Source of the DNA: Balanoglossus misakiensis
Taxonomy: Eukaryota > Animalia > Hemichordata
Reading direction: 5' to 3'
DNA: 64,000 bases
NCBI GenBank assembly: GCA_040954595.2
Contig: CM082577.2
Coordinates: 14,639,903-14,703,902, forward strand
Positions 24,661-36,176 of the stretch are shown one piece after another. Made by a program: the position numbers and the translations under genes. Position 1 is the stretch's first letter, and the number at the start of each line of letters is the position of its first letter. The notes under the pieces were generated by a model. It worked only from the letters and a program-made list of their open reading frames with translations. It was not told the origin of the DNA and made no database searches.

Positions 24661-26454
24661 TATGTACAAAGTCAGGGTTGGAATGCAATACGAAACAATC
24701 AAAGTTTACACATTATTCAGAATCCACAAATTTTCAACTTTGTGACTGAATTTGGGAAGCAATATTTCTGCAGTGAAGGAAGAATTTTTCTTTCAACCTC
24801 AAATTTTTTCCACAATGTTGTAACTCAGAGTTACACGCTAATGACTTTTAGAATACATTGTACTGTAGGGGGGGGGGGGGTCTGAATGATCCAACAAGGA
24901 ACCCATTTCTGTAAAAAGGCACTTACAAAATTTGTCATAGATAACATCCACATCCTTTCGGGTGCTATTGTTACTCTCAAGTAAATCAATCATTTCTAAA
25001 GTGGCACATCCGCTAATCTCGGAGTTCAGAGAAAGTCTAAACCAAAACAAATCCACTGTTTGGGTTTGCACAGTGCCAGGTCATGCCTGATGTATCATTA
25101 GTTGATACCAAATTTGGTACAGTGCCTAATGGATCAATTTTAAGTTATCAGACATGCCACACAGAGAGTCTATTGTGAAATATCATTAGTACCATGATTG
25201 CCAGCTTATGATATGTTTATAGATTTAAATTCTTTTCCTGATTTGCCATACAAACAAAACCCCTATATACGAAATTAAAATTTATAATGTACAGGAACAT
25301 GCATTCTGCAGTCTGTAAGTGATTAGGCTGACTACATCAAATTTCCACGATATCTGTATAAGTAAAAAAATCACTATGCCCTGTGTAATTGGTTGTTAAA
25401 TGCTGAATGTTTCTCAAGCAGATACACTGAACATGGCAAAAATATAAAAGTGAGGGGTTCATGAAGAATGCCAAATACATGAATGACACTGGTAATTATG
25501 TGTCTCTACATAAATGTGGTCTAGTCATAAACCCCTTGTATTGTTTTCACACCTGATTCGAAAGTTGTTGATAGAAAATCATCTGAGCCATATGGTATTG
25601 TAGAGGTTAAATGCCCAGAAACAAAGAATAATGTAACTCCATTGGATGCATGCAATTTTATTGTTATGATGACAATGGGCAGCCTGGGTTAAAAGTTAGC
25701 CACAGAGGCCACGTCTACAGAGATATGTGCATTGCCTTGTGGGCACAGCTGTCATGAAGAGTGCACCACTTCACTGTTAGCATCTGTCCATAAACTCAGT
25801 GAAAAATTTAACCAAGTTCTTCTGCAATCCACATAACATCAATCACACTCATCAAATACCCATGAACCTGACATAACCGACAATGAACCAACATTTTCTA
25901 CACCAGACAAAACATACTATGACTTTTTGCACTTCAAAGAAAACCTCAAAAGACAAGTAGACCAATACCCAACTGTACAACAACCATAACAAACGAGACC
26001 AAGTTCCCTGCACAAAACAACATACACAGAACCAAACAAAAACAATATGCATTCATTGTAAGCAGACAGGTCATACCAGGACATTCAGAGGCAAAATTTC
26101 ATGTCTACAACAATTACACAACTGAACACAATCAACAGCAAAATAATTACAACATGCATAAAATTCTTTTTTTTTGTGTGTCCACTCAAAATACTGAAAG
26201 CAATGTGGATAAGCGGACAAAAAGGTCATTTGCTTTATTGTGTGAATATGTGCACCCAGTTTATAGTGATACTCATTTTCATGAGTAAGATAAACATTGA
26301 GATATTTAAATTCATTGAATAGCTAATTCGCGGGTTCCGAGTTCTCAATAAAGTAGAAAGTTCATAGACTCTTGTCGCCTGAGGGCGTGCGAGTTGGGAT
26401 CACTGCACTTCCGGTCCTGAATGAGGTCATGTTTACATAAGTTCCTGACCTGAG

Positions 26455-28113
26455 AAAGTTTTTGTCGGAAAGAGGTATAACTTGTTGTAATACCAGGAAA
26501 GATAGACTAATTCAGGTAGTGGAGTTAGCTATAGAACTGGACGTTCGGCCACTAGAGCCTGGTGACCAGGAAATTTCGAGCAAAAAAAGGCGGACGGTAG
26601 CAGACAATCGCGACCCAGCCAAAAGCAATTCTACACCACTTTGCCTGATCCGGCGAAGATCACCGAGTGGGTCAGCGACCTCCATTCTCTTCTGAGGCTG
26701 TAATTGTGTTGCGTAAGTATTTTTTTATATAAATTTTATCATTTTAATCCACCGTGGCTTTTAGTTCTACCAGTGTGACTAGGTACATAGAAATGGTGGG
26801 TTGAAATAACCATGGTTATACATGTATTTTGACATTTGTTTTTTAGTTCGGTTTGCTTTATCTGTGTGTTTGGATGAGAAAACTGTCAGTAGAGTCTGAC
26901 AGAATTGTCTATGTTTTTCCAACAGTATCTGTTGACTAATTTAAAGTGCTGTTGAGGACTGTAAATCAGGATTTGCAAAATTAGATAATATTTGAAAATA
27001 GTTAATATGATTTCATTCTCCATTTGATGCATTGACGTTTTAGGTTTGAATACCTCAGTTTTCATTTGACAGTCACTGCAGAGAGGCATAAACAAATAAG
27101 CTGCAATCATGCGTTAACATTTACCATGTATCTGAATTTTTTTTACAGTGAACATGGAACATGCAAACATTGTGTTGCATTGTTGTTTAGCATCAACGAC
27201 TTCGATAGACGCCACAAAGACAGAAATATTCAAGTTGGTACTGATGTTCCCTGTAAGTGGGATAAACCCCGCAAAGAGTCCACTCCTATGGAAATAGATG
27301 AGCTTGACATTAGAAAGGATAAGTCTGAGCCTGACACACCAAGACCAACTGTGTCCAACTATTATCCAGGTGCCATTTGATGTCCTCCCATGATACCCTC
27401 TCCCATCAGGACCTGAACTAAGATATGGCTTGTCAGAACTGATGACTAAGCCAACATCTTGAAATTTCACTTTCCGGTGCAACTTTTTGTATTGCTCATG
27501 ATATAAATGCTTAGCAACAGGTTCATGTTTAATACCACAATCAATGTGGGTTGAAGGTATTGTCCTGTGACTGCCAGACATAATTTTTTGGACTATGTAG
27601 TCATTCAAATCCCGAGTTTCTTTCATGTGAAGGATATCATGTGCAATACTGGCAGTAACGCTCCCTTGTCTATACAAATACCAATCCTCATAATCTCTTT
27701 GATCAGCTGTCAGTGATGACAAAAAATCAATATCAGCTTCTGATACAGATTCTCCAATATAGCTAGTAAAATCACTATCATTGCCAGCTTTAAATGTGTG
27801 AAATCAAATGTTCCAGCAAACACCGCAATATATTCCCATGTGATATATCAAGCCTAGAGTTCCCAAATACCATGTATTTTTGGATGTAGGTGGCAAAGTG
27901 TGTTTGAGGAGGACATCAAAATGGTATACCCAAATACAAATGCAACTTGCTACTTGTAAACTGCAATGGTGTGATTTTGTGTTATTCACAAGAAAAGCCA
28001 TTTCAATAGAGAGGATATATTTCGATGAATTGTTTGGGAAAACAACTGAAGCTAAACTTTCTACATTTTATGAGGATTTTATTGTAACTAACATTGTTGT
28101 CAATTGTACATAG
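26455..28113 (+). pseudogene. SAP-like/SWIM/YqaJ (lambda-exonuclease family) gene remnant with an inverted middle segment
   Basis: GTCKHCVALLF..GTDVPCKWDKPR (+); WYLYRQGSVTAS..CGIKHEPVA..GLVISSDKPYLSSGPDG (-, ~27400-27795); EIKC..WYTQIQMQLATCKLQWCDFVLFT (+). Confidence 0.8.
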
Positions 28114-28185
28114 AACTGTTGTTGATAGTGAAAAGGATAACCAGGGTATAGCTTAGTATTGTTTACTTTTATTTTACAAGAAAAG

Positions 28186-28434
28186 TGACTCTCACTTTTT
28201 GTTTCACTTATGACGTCAAAGAGGTTGTGACTGTAGAGAGATCAAATACAAAATATGTTGTAAGGGAATCAAGGAATGTTTGCATTAACCAACTAACCTA
28301 CTAACCGAAACCAAGTTCCCCAGTTCACTAACCAACTAACATACAATATTCCCTTACAACATATTTTGTATTTCACACTTCTCTGCAGTCACACCCTCTT
28401 TAATGTCAAAAGTGAAACAAAAAGTGAGAGTCAT
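28186..28434. repeat. Small foldback/MITE with ~85-bp inverted arms
   Basis: TGACTCTCACTTTTTGTTTCACTT...GTTGTAAGGGAAT versus ATTCCCTTACAAC...AAGTGAAACAAAAAGTGAGAGTCA. Confidence 0.8.
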
Positions 28435-28832
28435 CACTCATGGTACTTCTAAAACTAGTAGAGTGACGTGTGAAACTCTTGTGAAAGCATTAAGATATGA
28501 ATCAAAAAGACACCACATGTACAGCCACAGTTACATTTTTATTGGCTGAATAAAATTCATGACATGTCTAAAAATGTAACTATTATGAATGCTTTGCTTT
28601 TTTGTGTGTGGAGTAAACGTCAGCGAGTGTGAGCGCGTATGTGTAGGGAACACGTAGCGACGCTACCAGAAACCATGAGATCAGTCTCAAATTCGAAACT
28701 CGCCTCACTACCAGAAACACGCTCAAGGCAAGCACGCACACAATATTGAGATTATTAATAAAGACAAACAAAAAATCACCGCAAACACACACAAAGTATT
28801 GATATTCCAAAAATCACCAAGCGACTAGTGGG

Positions 28833-29000
28833 CATCCTTTCGACGTAACACGGAAATCCACTGCTGGCGAAGTCAGCGATGTTTCTCAGTTGGGAATGCA
28901 TGAAATGTCACGTCTGCTAATCTCCAGGGTATTTTGCGGCGTTTCTTTTATTGCGCAAGCTGATAGTACACTCCGGAGCCGCACAAAACCAATTAACCAT
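28833..29000 (-). pseudogene. THAP zinc-finger N-terminus of a transposase (remnant)
   Basis: MVNWFCAAPECT..(frameshift)..VTFHAFPTEKHR*LRQQWISVLRRKD. Confidence 0.65.
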
Positions 29001-30837
29001 TTTCAGGAAGTCTTTTTGTCAAAATAATGCCAGTACGGAGTTGCAAGCAGAAGTGATCACGATCGATCACACATGCACTGCCGCCATTTTGAATTTTGGT
29101 CCCATCGGATCATGCACTTTGTACTTATAATGACGTCATTGATACGCCCTCACGCGGCCAAGGTGGCCTGTTTCGGTAACTCGGAACCCACGTGGTGTTA
29201 TTCTTCATCATAGGACATGTAACCATGATAGGATTATAACACAGAAAAATATATAGGCTACAGTGTGCAGTGCAAAAAATGTAAAATTGTACTTTTGTCT
29301 AGCCTTGGCACCATGTCTGTCAACCACAGGGTATATAAGCGTGCGACACTTGTCAGAGTTTCAGTAGCTGTTTGCAGTAAAAACTACTCCCTCGACATTT
29401 TGCCAATTGTTCCCTAGTTTCCTTACTTTTAAAAGTTCTTTCCTGTAAATAATTTGACGTGTTTGACAACGATGCAACAAATTTTGAGCAAAGGTAAGTC
29501 AAAATTTCTTTGTTCTACGACGAGATTTAGGAAGAGTGAGACTAGTGTACAGATAGATATACTTATGCGGGCAAAAAAGAATGCTTTTCATGACGTTCAG
29601 AGAGTGTTGCAGAAGTTATGAGAAAATTTATAATCGCTGAGAATTATTTCTTTGTGTCACCCAGATTTTGTGTTTTTCTGATACATTGATACAAAGATAA
29701 TTCTTAGTTTTATTTCTGATAATTTATTGACTGTGCTAGCGCTGTTCTTCCAATGACTGTCCAGTACGTATTTGCATAATGTGAACCTTGACCAGGTGTA
29801 CAGCGCCCTCATGAAGCAAAGAGGTACAACCGTTCTCTTTGCTAACTTGGCTGCCATGAGTAGGTTGGTAACTTTTTGTCGCTCTTCGAAATCGCTCATA
29901 AAAGTGTTCAATCATTGACATCCACTTCTATTATTGAGATGAAATGATGTAGTAGTGTCTTAAGAACAGTCAACTGTAATAATTTGGAAGAAGGTTTAAT
30001 GATTTTGTGAGGTTTTTTGAGCTTTTATTCAGAGTTGATGAAAGTACAATGAACAGTCACATGCGTTACAGTGTACTGCCATGGTCAAACAATACTTGGA
30101 CATTTAGTTATTGGTATCGCCTGTTGGAAATATTTGAATATTGAACTCTAACAGTATTTCATGTGCCGTAGTATTTTCTGTCATGTATGCTTTGTATATT
30201 TTCTTTTAGTTTTGTGAATAAGATTTTGTAATTCTCGTTTCTCCCTTTTTGCTAACTTGGCATCAATGACTAGTTGTTTGAAAACAGGCACTGTACGATG
30301 TGCACTTAGGAATAGGTTCAACAGGGGAGAGACGGAATGGCCCAAATGAGAACACGAGATACGTCGATGTGTGAGATCTAATTCAGTTTGAATTTAGTGC
30401 GAGCTTTTCGTTTTACTCGCACCTGATAATAAATCCAAGACAGAATAAACAAGAAATAAACAGTCTTTGTAGTATACAAACTTCTAGTAGACAGTCTGTC
30501 TGTAATTACCAGACACTAATAAACAATCTGTGTTGAAACACACCTGTTGTGATTTTCAACAGGCACAGCTTAATGGTTATCGAATGTGGGTTGCGCCACT
30601 GATAAACACTAGGAAGGTGTTACGTTTTGTCACTCCACGTGTTAGTTACACTTCAGTAGCTGGCGGAATGGTTTTGTGGTTGGACTGCATTTGAAATATT
30701 CAAGCTTTGAATTGAAGTTTATGGGTCTTTCAGGACGTTACCCAACATGCCATTTTGATTTTGGGGGTTTTCTCTAGAAGGGATTTAACTGTTTACAAAG
30801 ATTCATGGTGTTTAACTGGTATTGTTTCTTCCACCAG

Positions 30838-32823
30838 GAACGTGTGCCGGTGTGGTACAGTATGAGCCCTCAACTATCACCAACGGACCATTACCACAGG
30901 GCGATATGCATCGACTGGATGTACGCGGTGTCAGCGGAACTAAATTTTGACATTGACACGGTACACACAGCTGTGTGGTATTTCGACAGCTTTATCACAA
31001 GGTGCCGGGCGTTCCATGTAGAATTTAAACAATTGGTTGCTGCTGCCAGCCTTTTTACCGCTAGGTAAGACATCAGTCTGTAGTGATTTACTTTCATTAA
31101 TTGGGTGTGTTTGGTTTTGTTGCGTAAGTGTAAGATTGTGTACCTTGGCAGTTAGGCGTTGATGGGTTTCATCCTACATCATCAACATTCGGTCTTTTTC
31201 TATGACCTAAACAGTTAAATTACTACAACAAAATAAAATTCAAACTAAATCCATGATTTGAAATCAACAGAAAGCTTATCTTGTAACCTGCCATAGCTCA
31301 GCACCCTTTGTACATGCATTACATAGTCTACATAGGTGATTATCTTCATTAGCAAGTAGACAAAAATCTCACCAAAATGGTTGTCAACAAGTCAACAGTG
31401 AAAATAGAGCAGGGGACACGCCCATGGTGGATTGGCCAAGTTGAAGCACCCCACCAGACAAATCAATGCCCACCTTTTGTTTACAATAATGTATAGGGAT
31501 AAACTGTTTACGCAATCTTGAAAATTTGCAGTGCATTATGGGTCAATTGAGTTCCGGTTGGGGGGAGTAGTGTCTACAACCTATCCATTTTCCAGCGGTT
31601 TAGTTAGATTTTCTTCATGTAACTACTACTACTAACCAAGAAAATCTGACAAAACAGCTGGAAAATTGGATAGGTAAGGTTGTAGACGCTACTCCCCCCC
31701 CCCCCCTTACTGGAACTCAATTGACCCATAATGCACTGCAAATTTTCAAGATGGCGTAAACATAGTTTATCCCTATACACACATCTTTATATAATGCTAA
31801 GGTATTTTCTTTCTTTCAATAACAGCAAACTTCTGGAAGTACTGGTTTTTGAAGCTTCAACATTTGCCGAATATACTGGGGATTCATTTACCCCAAGGGA
31901 GGTTTGTAAAATGGAACTGTTGATAATGAAATTACTAAATTTCAAATTATCAACAGTTCCAGTGACAACCTTCCTTGGGTGTATATGGGAATTGAATCCC
32001 CATATTTAACGGCAAACTAGAGAAGTTGCACAGGTAAGACATTTGGATTGAAAACATTTAAGTCTGATGTGACAGATGATAAAAAAGTGACACATCACTT
32101 TATTAATAAAGTTAGTCATAATAAAACAAGCAATCTTGAAAAGTATACACACTTTATGTTTGTGTCAAAATAGTAAGATTCATCTAAACTTGAGCTTTGT
32201 AACTGTAGTATCAAAATCATTTTCTTTGTTAACTTCCAACAACATCATTTTTTTTTAAATCTTATTTTCGGTCTTAGATGTTAGTAGGTTGGCATAATTG
32301 TCTGTATACATGACTTGATTAATTTTTCATTTCGTTGTAGTATCTGGCAGACGTAACCCTGCTGTCGATGGATGTACGCCAGCAGTACCAGCCCCACCAC
32401 ATTGCGGAGGGGTGTGTGCTGCTGGCTGCGAATGTAACGCAGTTTCTTTGGAACTTCTTGTTGTTATTTTACCTGGCAATTTCATACCTTTGTTATTAAC
32501 TTGCAATAAAAACAAAATGAACACTCAGTTTATATCAAGTATTGTTTTAAAGGATCCAGTGACTGAACATGGAATACTACAAAAGAGATGATAGTGAAAG
32601 GGAATATAATTTAAATGCAAGGAGCATGTTAGTGGTAGATCATTAACACTTTTTTGTTATGCAAGATTGAGTATCACTTACATATTGTCATTATTGTTTT
32701 ATTACAGGAAGTTGATTACTTGGCAGAGCCATTGGAGGCGGATAGATGCCAAGAGCTTCACCAAACCATTTCAATAATGGATGGGAGCTCGGTGAGAGAG
32801 CGATATGTTCCAAGCATGCTCAG
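30838..32823 (+). pseudogene. Divergent cyclin (cyclin box) gene, exons 30838-31064, 31826-32033, 32708-~32823; in-frame stop at 32007-32009
   Basis: HRAICIDWMYAVSAELNFDIDTVHTAVWYFDSF..QLVAAASLFTASKLLE..FTPREVCKMELLIMKLLNFKLSTVPVTTFL, later YLAE..YVPSML. Splice phases are consistent. Confidence 0.8.
31490..31779. mobile_element. Palindromic MITE in cyclin intron
   Basis: TATAGGGATAAAC..TCTTGAAAATTTGCAGTGCATTATGGGTCAATTGAGTTCC mirrored at the other end; nearly the whole element is self-complementary. Confidence 0.88.
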
Positions 32824-34065
32824 TAAGTAGAGAGTTTACATAACCCTTAAGACTCCTTTTTGAGTTTGTATTTCAGGCTTAGCCAACAACCGTGTATCAT
32901 ATATTGCACAAAATGTGTCGCATCCATGCATTCAGTGTGTGTGTGTGTGTGTGGGGGGGGGGGGGTCAGTTTCTAAACCGCTCAGTGAACTGGAAATAGT
33001 CTTTTTTAAGTTTTCTTTGCGGGCCATGAGATGGGCACAAAAAGAATGTCAAGGCGAGCATTTGTCTCTTGCCACTGGACTCCATGAGAACACTTTCCTT
33101 TGATTTTTAACTTTGCTTGCTGGGCACAAATTTTATCTAAAATACAAAATCAATGAGATAGTCAAAAAACAATCTAAATGTACGGTAGAAATCGGGTTTT
33201 CAGCTTAAAGAGTCACTTCCTGCATGGAATTTGATTGCCATTACGTTCCCGATAAATAAATTAGTTGGATCAACATGTTAATGTATGCAGCTGTACAGCT
33301 GTTCTAGATGCATCAATATTCGTAACTTTATTTTTTTTAACCAACAGATGTCTCCGGTTCATGCCATAAAGAAGATACCACAGATTTAATTTGCCTTTCA
33401 TTTTAATGTTTTTTGTATTTTTGTTTTGTTTTTAAAAATTACTTGAATGTTTTTTGTTAAAATAAATATTTTTAATGAAACCTTGAACTTTGCCTACCTG
33501 AATCTTTAAAGCCCCATTAGCTTTGCAAACTTAGTATTCTATCTACATTGATTAATGGCACAACAAAGTCACAGTTTTTGACTTTTCAGTTCTGTTGCCA
33601 GCAATGTGAAGCTTATCAAATTACCTGTTTGTCCAGCATCCATTTGTCAACATTTGCAATTGTCTAAAATTCTAAAACTCTAAAACTGTTAGTCCGTTGC
33701 TTTGGTATACAATTTCAATTCTGGTGACATTTGCATTATTTTATTTTGCGGGGAACCATTTGCTATTTTTGGTCAAAAAGTCTATTCGCAGAAGCTACTT
33801 ATTGTGGTAGAATTTGCCTAAGGTTGACATCCACCTTAAGTTTTTTTTAACTCAAAAAAGTGTAAATAAAAAAATGACAATCTGATCCTGGCAATGAAAG
33901 CTTTGTATATTGTGAGAAAATACCTCCCAGTGGAATTTTGAAATTCACTTTGGTTTTCGAACAATGAGTCTTTAAAGTGTAAGGTTTTCGCATAAATTAT
34001 CACCTTATGTGCTGATTTCTTTTGTTCTATCATAACGTGATTGGAAATTTGATGGGGGTACATAC

Positions 34066-34446
34066 TGGAAACGTATCAAACGGTCCCTTCACATTACATC
34101 ACCTTTTCACTAAACAAAACAGCAATTTATATGTCGTATTGCTGGCATCGCATTCTCCAAATTTTGTTAGAGCCTATTATGGAGCTTATGCTGCAATACC
34201 TGGCCATAAATTTGGCGTCATATCTACCTAACCCGGTTTTGATAAGCCCTGTAATGAATTTTTGGTGAACTGTGCCTAGACTGCCGACGATTAAAACGAC
34301 AACCAATGAGCGATGTCCCATGTCGTTTATTTCGAGAGAAAGGGGGTAATATTTGTTGAATTTAGCCTGAAAGCATTTTGAGATATGTGCATCAAAGGGG
34401 ATGGCGATTTCTACTAAAGTTGCTTGCATGTTTTCTTTGTCAACAA
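34066..34446 (-). mobile_element. 3' fragment of an RLE-type non-LTR retrotransposon (R2/NeSL/HERO/R4 group)
   Basis: VVDKENMQATLVEIAIPFD..AKFNKYYPL..VVVLIVGSLG..SIIGSNKIW matches the C-terminal half of a restriction-like endonuclease domain; flanked by CATAC repeats. Confidence 0.72.
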
Positions 34447-34507
34447 CATACATACATACATACATACATACATACATACATACATACATACATACATACA
34501 TACATAC
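34447..34507. repeat. (CATA)n microsatellite
   Basis: About 15 perfect units. Confidence 0.95.
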
Positions 34508-35209
34508 AGACGCAACCGATCCCATAAGGTCCCATGGTATATACCAATGGGACCTAATAAAAATCATTACTGGATTCTAATATTTTTGGCAGAAATTATA
34601 CCAAAGAAAAATAGGTAAATTTCACCAACATTTGAAAAAGTCTGACTAGAGTCACCCCATGAAACATGCATCTATATCAAGCTTCAAATCAAAGTTATCC
34701 ATCTGTAATGGCTACATTATATTAATGTCAACAGGTAAAGATTGGAATGGTCAGCTCCATCTTTGAAGTCAAGCTAGACAGACATCGAAACAGAGGCCTG
34801 GTACAGATCCAGGAGTACACTGTACAACAAGAATTCGATGATCTGTTTGGATGTCAGGTTGTACACCGGGGAAGGAGCTGCAAATTAGTACCACCGCAAA
34901 ACATCATGCAAATGGTCAGCATCATACATGACTGTAGTGGTGGACATTGCCACCTACAGCTTTTGAATAAAGTATTTCTAATAGAAAGAAACAACTTGAG
35001 ACGCTTTAAAAGCGTCTTCAAATGTAATGCCAATCATAATGTATATCTACTTAACCGATTTAGGTTCGCACATCTTAAAAAGACATACGGGGGTGACTAG
35101 TGGAAATGTCTGTTTTACAATTCTCCATGACAGTTACTGTACACAGTGAAACAGAGCATGCTGTAAATTATATTTCAAATGTGGAAAAAAGACAGAGGTC
35201 TTTTCAAGG

Positions 35210-35631
35210 TTTGTCTGGTTCCCTGCCACAATCCCACCGAAGACCCCGAAGACTATCCGAACATCCTTCTGAGGGAGCCGGGGTGGCAAGTGGCAATCGG
35301 GCTCCAACCACCAAAAAGTGAAAAAACTGACAACAGACCTGATGCAGCAGATTTGTGGATTGGTGACTCATCCCCTGGTAGCGGCCATGGGCGAGGTAGG
35401 CCTTGACAGGACTGTGCCCGTCCACGAATGGGGCCAACAAGAGGAAGCCCTCCAACGGCTGTTGGAAGTGGCACCAGCAGACAAGCCAATAATACTCCAT
35501 ATCAGAGGTGCGAGGAGGGACCCACACGCCAGTGACGTCCATGCCCTGGCACTGATGTTGGTTTCAGAAAATTGCCCCTCAGACCAGCCGATCCAGGTGC
35601 ATAATTTTGGAGGGGATAGACGCACCTTTCA
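35210..35631 (+). pseudogene. TatD-family DNase, 5' part (interrupted by the IS3EU-type element)
   Basis: VAIGLQP, frameshift, then VAAMGEVGLD..QEEALQRLLEVA..KPIILHIRG..IQVHNFGG. Intronless and GC-richer than its surroundings. Confidence 0.85.
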
Positions 35632-36176
35632 TATGGGGTGAGAACACCGCCAAAAATAGCTGATGTCTTTATTTGGTAGTTTTCTCATCATTATTATGCT
35701 ATTATGCCATTATTTGGCCATTACCTTGGCCATTATTATGCTGTTATTTGGTTATTTGGCCGTTATTATGTCATTATTCAGTATTAATGTCTTTATTTGG
35801 AAGTTTTCTCATCATTATTATGCTATTATGTCATTATTTGGTTATTTGGTATTTATGTCGTGGTCTCGACATTACCTCGGCCATTATTTGGTTCACTCGA
35901 CATTACCTCGGTCATTATTATGCCGTTATTTCGTTATTTGGCCGTTATTATGTCATTATTCAGTACCGATGTCTTTATTTGGAAGTTTTCTCATCATTAT
36001 TATGCTATTATGTCATTATTTGGTTATTTGGTATTTATGTCGTGGTCTCGACATTACCTCGACCATTACCTCGGCCATTATTTGGTTCGCTCGACATTAT
36101 CTGACCTACTTTATTATTTGAACTCTTGCCCGGTACCCAGAATTCATTGCACAAAATCATTGCACAAAATGGCGAC
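35632..36176 (+). repeat. Left TIR with internal repeats
   Basis: Reverse complement of 57328-57859 with a few substitutions and one ~13-bp duplication. Block ATGTCTTTATTTGG.AGTTTTCTCATCATTATTATGCTATTATG occurs 3 times. Confidence 0.95.

Larger units (their letters stand above)
26332..29189. mobile_element. ISL2EU-like DNA transposon, degenerate and internally deleted
   Basis: 12-bp TIR GGGTTCCGAGTT (26332) / AACTCGGAACCC (29189); convergent SWIM-YqaJ and THAP remnants; no clean TSD. Confidence 0.65.

Noticed and set aside
35663-36168. Hydrophobic ORFs in the TIRs (also 57251-57828) and the N-terminal extension of ORF 35797-36939
   Set aside because: Translations of low-complexity TIR repeats; transposase-like sequence starts at ATG 36169.
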